Below are positions 47,416 to 54,475 of a DNA stretch of 54,475 nt, piece by piece. Origin of the DNA: Myxococcales bacterium (GTDB lineage: Bacteria > Myxococcota_A > Polyangia > Polyangiales > Ga0077539); NCBI GenBank assembly GCA_013298625.1, contig JAAFIF010000068.1:1-54475 (forward strand), given 5' to 3'. Each line of letters opens with the position of its first letter. Within the stretch, counting starts at the first letter, position 1. The notes beneath the pieces are model-generated. The model saw only the letters and a program-made list of their open reading frames with translations, had not been told where the DNA came from and made no database searches. A program made the position numbers and the translations under genes.

Positions 47416-47530
47416 GACGTGCCGTCCTCCGATGCTCAGTGACTGAGCGAAACTAGACTTAGTTGCATAGTGAAACTAAGTCAACACGGGCCCATTGTTT
47501 CTCCGACGGTTTGCTACCCTCGCGCCCCTG

Positions 47531-49447
47531 ATGCACGCAGAACCCACGGCTACACCGAGCGCGCCGACGAAGGCTCCCGACGGCGTCGACCCCGAGCTCC
47601 ATTGGTACAAGACCGTCTACCAGGGCGACACGCAGGCGCAGTTTACGCTGCGCTCGTTCTTGATGGGCTCGGCGCTCGGCGCGTTCATGGCCCTCTCGAA
47701 CCTGTACGTGGGGTTGAAGACCGGCTGGGGCTTGGGCGTCGCGATCACGGCGTGCATTTTGTCCTTCGCGGTCGGCAGGGGCTTTCAGGCGATCGGCCTG
47801 TTCAAGACCAACCTGTCGTTGCTCGAGAACAACGCGATGGCGTCGACCGCTTCTTCCGCGGGGTACTCGACGGGCGGGACGATGGTCTCGGCGATGTGCG
47901 CGTACCTGCTGGTGAAGGGCTCGCACATGCCGTGGCCGTTGCTCATGGCGTGGACGTTCTTGTTGGCCGTGCTCGGGACGGTGATGGCCATCCCGATGAA
48001 GCGCCAGATGATCAACGTCGAGCAGCTGCAGTTTCCGAGCGGAACCGCCGCCGCTGAGACGCTGCGCTCGCTCTACTCTGCGGGCGAAGAGGCGAGCCAG
48101 AAGGCGCGCTCGCTCTTCGCTGCGATGGGCGTCGGCGCGATCCTCGCGTGGCTCCGTGACGCGCACGCGGCGAGCACGACGGGCGCGCTCGCGCTGCTCA
48201 CGAAGCTCTCGAAGGTGCCTGCGACCTTTGGCATTCCCGGGCTGAAGATCGCGGGGCAGCCCGCGCTCTCGTGGACGATCGGCTTCGAGGGCTCGCTCAT
48301 CATGGTCGCCGCGGGCGCGATGATGGGCCTGCGCACGACGATCTCGATGGTGGTCGCCGCGCTGATCAACTACGGCGTGCTCGCGCCGAAGATCCACGCG
48401 ATGGGCGGGATCACCCGTATTTCGTACCGTGGAATCGTCTCGTGGTCGCTCTGGCCTGGCGCGGCGCTGATGGTGACCTCGGGGCTGCTCACGTTCGCGT
48501 TTCAGTGGCGGACGATCATGCGCGCGTTCTCGGGGCTCGGCGCGCTTCGCAAGAAGAAGCCGGGCGAGGGCGCGCCGTACCGCGAGGGCAGCGAGGTGAC
48601 CGAGAAGGACCAGATGGCGGCGATCGAAGTGCCGACGAGCTGGTTCGGCGCGGGGATGCTCTTCGCCACCGTTGGGCTGGTGATCGTTGGATACCTTGGC
48701 TTCGGCATCGCGCCGTGGCTCTCGGTGTTGGCCGTGCTGCTCTCGTTCATCCTGTCGATCGTCGCGTGCCGCGCGACGGGCGAGACCGACACGACGCCGG
48801 TCGGCGCGATGGGAAAGATCACGCAGCTCACCTACGGAGTTCTCGCGCCGGCGAACGTGACGACCAACTTGCTCACGGCGAGCATCACGGCCGGAGCCGC
48901 CGGAAGCGCTGCAGATTTGCTGACGGATTTGAAGTCTGGCTACCTGCTCGGCGCCAACCCTCGCAAGCAGTTCCTCGCGCAGTTCTCGGGGACGTTCGTC
49001 GGGACGCTCGTGGTCGTGCCCGCGTTCTATCTGCTCGTGCCCAACGCCAACGCGCTCGGCGGTGATCGCTTTCCCGCGCCCGCCGCGCAGGTGTGGAAGG
49101 GCGTCGCCGAAGCGCTCTCGCACGGCGTGCACTCTTTGCACCCGACGGCGCGCTGGGGAATGCTCGGCGGAGCCATCGTCGGGCTCATCCTGCCGACGCT
49201 CGAGCTCTTGTTTCCGAAGCACAAGAAGTACATCCCCAGCTCGATGGGCCTCGGCCTCGCGCTGGTGATTCCCGCGTGGAACTCCATCAGCATGTTCATC
49301 GGCGCCCTCCTCGCGTACGCCTTCGCGCGCGCCAACGAGAAGAAGGCCGAGACGTACACGATCCCGGTCGCCTCGGGGATCATCGCCGGCGAGTCGCTGC
49401 TCGGCGTGGCAATCGCGTTGATGGGCGCTGTGGGGTGGCTCTCTTGA
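47531..49447 (+). CDS. OPT-family oligopeptide transporter
   Basis: About 16 TM segments. The OPT-like N-terminus is WYKTVYQGDTQAQFTLRSFLMGSALGAFMALSNLYVGLKTGWGLGVAITACILSFA. The track start 47495 is TTG. Confidence 0.8.
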   Translation: MHAEPTATPSAPTKAPDGVDPELHWYKTVYQGDTQAQFTLRSFLMGSALGAFMALSNLYVGLKTGWGLGVAITACILSFAVGRGFQAIGLFKTNLSLLENNAMASTASSAGYSTGGTMVSAMCAYLLVKGSHMPWPLLMAWTFLLAVLGTVMAIPMKRQMINVEQLQFPSGTAAAETLRSLYSAGEEASQKARSLFAAMGVGAILAWLRDAHAASTTGALALLTKLSKVPATFGIPGLKIAGQPALSWTIGFEGSLIMVAAGAMMGLRTTISMVVAALINYGVLAPKIHAMGGITRISYRGIVSWSLWPGAALMVTSGLLTFAFQWRTIMRAFSGLGALRKKKPGEGAPYREGSEVTEKDQMAAIEVPTSWFGAGMLFATVGLVIVGYLGFGIAPWLSVLAVLLSFILSIVACRATGETDTTPVGAMGKITQLTYGVLAPANVTTNLLTASITAGAAGSAADLLTDLKSGYLLGANPRKQFLAQFSGTFVGTLVVVPAFYLLVPNANALGGDRFPAPAAQVWKGVAEALSHGVHSLHPTARWGMLGGAIVGLILPTLELLFPKHKKYIPSSMGLGLALVIPAWNSISMFIGALLAYAFARANEKKAETYTIPVASGIIAGESLLGVAIALMGAVGWLS

Positions 49448-49466
49448 GCGTACCCTGCGCCGCACG

Positions 49467-51014
49467 ATGCACAGCATTCCCGAACTGATCGCCGTCTCGA
49501 AGGACTCGCTCTCTCACGAAGCCACCGCGTTCGACGCGCTCATCGTGGTGAGCGCATCGCCGCTGGGGGACTACCTCGACAAGCTCGCGCTGCCTGGGGA
49601 CGCGCGCGCGGTCATCGAGTCCGTGCTCGGCGCAGATCGCGCCTTCGCGCGCGGCGCGCAGGGGCCTGTGGTGCTGCCGTCTGCGGGCGTTCCGGGCGGC
49701 AGGCTCGTGCTCGCGACGTGCAACGCGATGGGCGATGACACCGACGACGTTCGCCTCGTCGCCGAGACGGTGACCGCCGCGATGAACCGCGCCGTCGCCG
49801 CGGGCGCGCGCAGGCCCATGATCACCGTCGCGACGCCCGATGACAGCAAGTACCACCGCGCGCTCGACGTCGCCGCGCTGGCTGCGCTCGGCTCGCAGTG
49901 GCACGCGCTCGAAGCGCGCGAGGCGAAGAAGGCAGCGGACCCCGCGACGGGCGTCGCCATCGTCGGCCTCGACCCCGCTCGAGCCACCTACCTCCGCGGC
50001 GTCGAGCTCGGCCGCGCGCTCGGCCGAGACATCACCGGAACCGAGCCCGAACGCATGGCCCCCATGCGCGCAGCGCAGCTCTGCGAGGCTTCGTTTGCAG
50101 GCACCGGCGTGCGCGTGAAGATCCAGACCGACACCAGCGCGTACCCGCTGCTCAGCGCCGTCGCGCGCGCGTCCAACGTCGTCGAGCGCCACCGCCCGTG
50201 CGTCATCGAGCTCGAGTACACGCCCGAAGACGGGACCTTCTCTCGCACGCTCTACCTCGCAGGAAAGGGGCTCACCTACGACACCGGCGGCGCGGACCTG
50301 AAGGTCAACGGCGCGATGGCCGGCATGTCCCGCGACAAGGGCGGCGCTGGCGCCGTCGCTGCGTTCGTCCGCGCCTGCGCCGCGGCGAAGCTGAAGGGCA
50401 CGCGCGTCGTCGCGTTGCTCGGCATGGTGCGCAACTCGATCGGTGAAGAGTCGTTCGTCAGCGACGAGGTGATCACCTCTCACGCTGGCGTCCGCGTGCG
50501 CATCGGCAACACCGACGCCGAAGGCAGGCTCGTGCTCGCGGATCTCCTCTCGGACCTGCGCGGCCGCGCCAAGGCCGACGGTGGAGAGAGCGTGATCGCA
50601 TCGCTGGCCACACTGACGGGCCATGTGATCCGCGCGTTCGGCCCGTACGTGGGCGCGATCGAGAACAAAGCCTCCCGCGATCGAGGGATCATCGCGCAGC
50701 TCGTCGACTGCGGAGAGCGCTGGGGAGAGCCCTTCGAGTGGACCCGCGTCCGTCGCGAGGACTACGCGTTTTGCGCGGCGAAGACCAACGCAGAAGATTT
50801 GGTGTCCAGTAATCGACTCGCCAGCGTGGACACCATGCGCGGCCACCAGGGACCGTTCGCATTTCTCGACGCCGCGAGCGGGCTGAAGGGCAGCGGGCTT
50901 CCGTACGTTCACCTCGATATCGGCGGAGCTGCGTTTCTTCCGCTCGACTGGCAGTTCGGTCGGCCGACGAGCGCGCCGTGCGTCGCGATGCTCGCGTGGT
51001 GCGCTGGCGAGTGA
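49467..51014 (+). CDS. leucyl aminopeptidase, M17 family
   Basis: LAGKGLTYDTGGADLK and NTDAEGRLVLAD, the M17 signature. Confidence 0.85.
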   Translation: MHSIPELIAVSKDSLSHEATAFDALIVVSASPLGDYLDKLALPGDARAVIESVLGADRAFARGAQGPVVLPSAGVPGGRLVLATCNAMGDDTDDVRLVAETVTAAMNRAVAAGARRPMITVATPDDSKYHRALDVAALAALGSQWHALEAREAKKAADPATGVAIVGLDPARATYLRGVELGRALGRDITGTEPERMAPMRAAQLCEASFAGTGVRVKIQTDTSAYPLLSAVARASNVVERHRPCVIELEYTPEDGTFSRTLYLAGKGLTYDTGGADLKVNGAMAGMSRDKGGAGAVAAFVRACAAAKLKGTRVVALLGMVRNSIGEESFVSDEVITSHAGVRVRIGNTDAEGRLVLADLLSDLRGRAKADGGESVIASLATLTGHVIRAFGPYVGAIENKASRDRGIIAQLVDCGERWGEPFEWTRVRREDYAFCAAKTNAEDLVSSNRLASVDTMRGHQGPFAFLDAASGLKGSGLPYVHLDIGGAAFLPLDWQFGRPTSAPCVAMLAWCAGE

Positions 51015-51050
51015 CGACGCCGCGGCGAGCAGTGCGCTAGAGTGTGGCGC

Positions 51051-51782
51051 ATGAAGCTCGCGACGATGCTGGTGATGGTCGGTCTCTCGCTGCGCGTGTG
51101 TGGTGAGTCGCCGAGGACGCCCAACGTTCAAGAAGCGCCGCGAACAGAGCAGGTCCCCGCGGGCACGACCAACAGCGTCGGCGTCTCTGCGGCGCTCACC
51201 ACCAGCGTCTCGTCGCAGCCCGACGGGACGCTCGTCGCCGAAGTGCGCGACCCCGCGGGCGAGCCCGTGCGCGCGCACGCGATCACCGTGGAGATTCGCA
51301 GGCCCGACGAAGATCCGCTGCCCGTCGTGATGACCTACGACGAGCCGCAGCATCGCTACGTCGGTCACGTCACCGGCGTGACCGCGGGCAGCTACCCGGT
51401 GCAAGTCACCGTGCAAGCGACGCCCACCGCGCAGCCGGTCGAGGTCGTCGCTGCGCCCATCACCGTGGTCGCCGTCGGCGGTCCGACTGCGGTCGTTCAG
51501 GCGCCCACCGTCGCGGTCGCTGCGCCCTCTGTTGAAGTGCAACGGCCGCAGGTCGTCGTGCAACAGCCCGCGGTGGTGGTCGAGCAGCCTGCGGTCGCCG
51601 TCGTCGGCCCGTCGATCACCGTGCAGACGCCGGGCGTCGTGGTGGCGCCCATGCTTCCGGGCGTCGTCGTGGTGGACGGCGACGACGACGACCATCACCA
51701 CGGTCGCCATCGCGGCCGTCATCGCGGTCACGGCCACGGTCGCGGTCGGGGACGCGGCGTGTTCTTCGGGGTATTTCACTGA
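51051..51782 (+). CDS. secreted hypothetical protein with His/Arg/Gly-rich C-terminus
   Basis: MKLATMLVMVGLSLRVCG signal; repetitive PxVxV segments; ...DDDDHHHGRHRGRHRGHGHGRGRG tail. Confidence 0.55.
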   Translation: MKLATMLVMVGLSLRVCGESPRTPNVQEAPRTEQVPAGTTNSVGVSAALTTSVSSQPDGTLVAEVRDPAGEPVRAHAITVEIRRPDEDPLPVVMTYDEPQHRYVGHVTGVTAGSYPVQVTVQATPTAQPVEVVAAPITVVAVGGPTAVVQAPTVAVAAPSVEVQRPQVVVQQPAVVVEQPAVAVVGPSITVQTPGVVVAPMLPGVVVVDGDDDDHHHGRHRGRHRGHGHGRGRGRGVFFGVFH

Positions 51783-51791
51783 GGAATCGCG

Positions 51792-53753
51792 TTGAGCAAC
51801 CCGTCGATCACCGACCGTGACGCGCCCACAATGGGGCCGCGTTCGACGGCCGCCGCGAGCGCGCCAGCGCCGGCTCAGCCCGAGGATGCGCCGCGCGCGT
51901 CTGCGCCGAGCGACCCGCTCGTGGGCGCGCTGGTCGCCTCGCGCTTTCGCGTGATCGAGCGCATCGGCGAGGGCGGTATGGGCGCCGTGTACCTCGCCGA
52001 GCACACTGCGCTCGGCAAGAAGGTCGCGATCAAGATCCTGCACGCGGACATGCACTCGAACGCCGAGGTGCGCGCGCGCTTCGAGCGCGAGGCGATGGCC
52101 ATGGCGCGGCTCGAGCACGAGAACATCGCGTCGGCGTCGGACTTTGGTCAGCTCGACGACGGCGCGTTTTTTCTCGCGATGGAGTTCATCGAGGGGCGCT
52201 CGCTCAGAGAGCTGCTCGCCGAGACGCCGCGGCCCGCGACGCTGCGCGCGCTCAAGCTGTTGCGACAGATCGCCTCGGCCCTCGGCAGAGCGCACTCGCT
52301 CGAGATCGTCCATCGAGACCTCAAGCCCGAGAACATCCTGGTCGTTCCGCGCGCCGCGGGCGAAGAGCTCGTGAAGATCATCGACTTCGGGATCGCGCGC
52401 TTCACTGGCGCCAGCGAGAGCGACAAGCCCCTCACACAAACCGGCGTGATCTTTGGAACGCCGCACTACATGTCCCCCGAGCAGGCCATGGGCCGCCGCG
52501 TCGACGCTGCCGCCGATCAGTACGCCTTCGGCGTCCTCGCGTTCGAGCTGCTCACCGGGCGAAAGCCCTTCGACCACAAGAACCTCCTCGAGCTGCTCGA
52601 TCTGCAAGTGAACGGGGCGGTCCCGCGCGCGAGCTCCGCGGCGCCCGATCTGCCAGCGGCGATCGACGGCGTCTTCGATCGCCTCCTCGCCAAGAGCCCG
52701 ATCGAGCGCTTCTCGTCGGTCTCCGACGCGATGGACGCCATCGACGAGTGCCTTGCGCCCGCGCTCGCGACGGCGACCGCGCAGCTCGGCTTCGCCGCGA
52801 CGCACCCAGCCACCAGCAGCGTCGTCGCGCACGAGAAGACCCTGTACGCGGCGCAGGGCGCCATCGACGCGCCGACGGTCTCGAATACTGCCCCCACGAT
52901 TCAAGATCACCTGCAAACGACCGCTCCGAGCGCGCTCGCGCCCGCTGGTGCGACCGCGCCGCCGAAGATCCTCGGGCTGCCGGTGATCCGCATGGGGCGG
53001 CTCGGTGAAGTTCCGGTCGTCGTCATCGTGATCGTCGCGCTCAGCGTCGTGGTCAACCTCTCGTGGTCGCTCGCGTCCACGTCCGGCCGTCGCGCGCGCG
53101 TCGCCCGAGCGTCGAGCACCAGCGAGCGCATCGCGGCGCTTCGGGCGCAATCCGACGTCTCCTCGGCGCTCTCGCGCGCCGCGCACGGCGACGTTCGCTC
53201 GGCCATTGATGCGCTCGTCGCCCGCAAAATCGCGCACCCCAACGCCGAGGACGACGCGCTCGTCTCGATGCAGCTCGCCATGCTCTACGCCGCGGATCGA
53301 CAAGGGGTCGCTGCGGTCGGCGCGTTCGCCAACGCCACCTCGCGCGACCCGCAGCTCGCCGAGGACGAGGCGCTCGTGCGAACGCTGCTGCGTCTGCTCG
53401 ACGACCCTGGCGCGGGCAGCAGCGCCGAGACGCTCTTGCGCGTGGGGGCGCTCGCTCGCTCTCGCACCGCGGCCCGCGTGCTCGCAGAAGAGACCGTGTT
53501 CGGCCGCTCACAAGACGCGCGACGCCGGGCCGGGCGCCTCGCGCGAGAGCGGCTCGCGTTGCTCGACGCCGCGAGCCGGGCGAGGGTGGTGCTTCGAACG
53601 AGCGACCGCTGCGACGAGCTGCAGAGCGTGATGGCGCAGCGCGCGACGCTCGCAACGACGCCAGCGGGCGCGGACATCGAGCGGCTGCGCGCGGGGCAGT
53701 GCGCGATGCTGCTGCGCAGGCAGCTCTGTCAGTGCGTCGCAGGACGCAACTGA
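51792..53753 (+). CDS. Ser/Thr protein kinase with TM segment and C-terminal TPR-like region
   Basis: GEGGMGAVYLAEH, VAIKIL, HRDLKPENILV, DFGIAR; TM VVVIVIVALSVVVNLSW. TTG at 51792 or ATG at 51831 could be the start. Confidence 0.8.
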   Translation: MSNPSITDRDAPTMGPRSTAAASAPAPAQPEDAPRASAPSDPLVGALVASRFRVIERIGEGGMGAVYLAEHTALGKKVAIKILHADMHSNAEVRARFEREAMAMARLEHENIASASDFGQLDDGAFFLAMEFIEGRSLRELLAETPRPATLRALKLLRQIASALGRAHSLEIVHRDLKPENILVVPRAAGEELVKIIDFGIARFTGASESDKPLTQTGVIFGTPHYMSPEQAMGRRVDAAADQYAFGVLAFELLTGRKPFDHKNLLELLDLQVNGAVPRASSAAPDLPAAIDGVFDRLLAKSPIERFSSVSDAMDAIDECLAPALATATAQLGFAATHPATSSVVAHEKTLYAAQGAIDAPTVSNTAPTIQDHLQTTAPSALAPAGATAPPKILGLPVIRMGRLGEVPVVVIVIVALSVVVNLSWSLASTSGRRARVARASSTSERIAALRAQSDVSSALSRAAHGDVRSAIDALVARKIAHPNAEDDALVSMQLAMLYAADRQGVAAVGAFANATSRDPQLAEDEALVRTLLRLLDDPGAGSSAETLLRVGALARSRTAARVLAEETVFGRSQDARRRAGRLARERLALLDAASRARVVLRTSDRCDELQSVMAQRATLATTPAGADIERLRAGQCAMLLRRQLCQCVAGRN

Positions 53754-54214
53754 GCGGCGCTCCACGGCGCGAGGTGCAACGGCCCGCGTCCCTCTCGATG
53801 CCGAACGAAATTGCTCACGGCCGAGAAGAGCACGAGCGAGAGCAGCAGCGCGCCCGCGACGCGTTTGCTTCGGCGGTTCGCCCAGAAATCTCGCACGAGC
53901 GTGCGCCCGGTGAAGAGCTGCGCGAGGTACGCGAGCCCGTGCGCGAGCACGATCGCGAACGCCAGCGGAGAGCCCGCGTTGGCGCGCAGCGCGTACTCGA
54001 GGTCGGCGTGAAGAAGGCCTGCGAAGGCGCGGGTCATTCCGCAGGTCGCGCATGGCGTGTCGAAGACGAGCCGCGAAGGGCAGAGGGCCGGGCCGCTCGT
54101 CGCGAGCCCGCTGTACGCCGCGGAAAATGCAGCGAGGCCGACGACGAGCACGATCGCCGCACGCGCGCGCGGTGATCGTTGCACTCGGTCGACGGCCTCG
54201 CTGAAGGCGCTCAT
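53729..54214 (-). CDS. DUF2752-family membrane protein
   Basis: LCPSRLVFDTPCATCGMTRAF (the CPxxxxxxxCxxCGxTR motif). Confidence 0.65.
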   Translation of the reverse strand: MSAFSEAVDRVQRSPRARAAIVLVVGLAAFSAAYSGLATSGPALCPSRLVFDTPCATCGMTRAFAGLLHADLEYALRANAGSPLAFAIVLAHGLAYLAQLFTGRTLVRDFWANRRSKRVAGALLLSLVLFSAVSNFVRHREGRGPLHLAPWSAAQLRPATH

Positions 54215-54222
54215 CGCGCGCT

Positions 54223-54475
54223 CACTCCGGGAGGAGCGAGTTGCCCTGGGCGTCCTTCATCTTGCCCATGCCGATCATGATGTAGTCGATCAAGAACCAG
54301 ATGCCGCAGCCTCCACCGGTGAGGAGCTTGGCGATGCCGAGCCCCGTCTGGCCGAGGTAGAAGCGGTCGGCGCCGAAGAAGCCGCCCAGCCACGAGAGCA
54401 AGAACGCCGTCGACTGCTGGCGCGTGGGGGTCCCGACGATGGGCTCGGTGCGAAGCGCGCGTCCCTGCGCGTCGC
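54223..54475 (-). CDS. TM2-domain protein, 3' part (5' end beyond window)
   Basis: Reverse-strand translation gives ...LSWLGGFFGADRFYLGQTGLGIAKLLTGGGCGIWFLIDYIMIGMGKMKDAQGNSLLPE*. It is not in the ORF track because no start codon falls inside the window. Confidence 0.6.

Overview
This is a high-GC (about 70%) chromosomal segment. The MYXO-CTERM sorting signal, the many Ser/Thr kinases, Cys-rich lipoproteins and a KirBac channel point to Myxococcota. Because of the GC content nearly every region has long spurious ORFs on both strands. I called genes from third-position GC bias, recognisable motifs, RBS and start context, and translational coupling.

Housekeeping genes present:
- selA, split by a frameshift, at 3369-4857.
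- rpsF-rpsR-rplI at 5067-6431.
- pth-rplY at 27135-28537.
- lipB at 37182-37901.
- An M17 leucyl aminopeptidase, an OPT transporter and a sensor histidine kinase.

Accessory and unusual content:
1. A small gene (7897-8226, minus strand) with an in-frame TGA. Coding continues in the same frame behind it, and an fdhF-like SECIS hairpin sits at the expected spacing. It is a candidate selenoprotein, 3 kb from selA.
2. A full-length homologue of the eukaryotic major vault protein (44893-47415), in an operon with a Cys-rich secreted protein.
3. A low-GC (about 54%) island between 22.4 and 25.7 kb. It carries an erythromycin-esterase-family gene bracketed by two direct copies of a ~212-bp MITE-like element with 48-bp terminal inverted repeats. 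A ~190-bp degenerate duplication of the DUF853 ATPase 3' end plus a downstream small ORF sits on both sides of it.
4. A two-gene module, a helical hypothetical protein plus a HerA-like DUF853 ATPase (19580-21907). A new ~125-bp repeat family has two inverted copies flanking the module; a third copy lies at 33.9 kb. Upstream is an array of six 42-bp-phased AGGT-N4-ACCT palindromes.
5. A 1689-aa HEAT-repeat protein ending in a putative HExxH metallopeptidase domain plus a VWA domain.
6. A three-gene Cys-rich lipoprotein operon, two TM2-domain proteins, a Ser/Thr kinase fused to an FGE-sulfatase domain, and a protein carrying an RNAP beta'-like zinc-ribbon motif.
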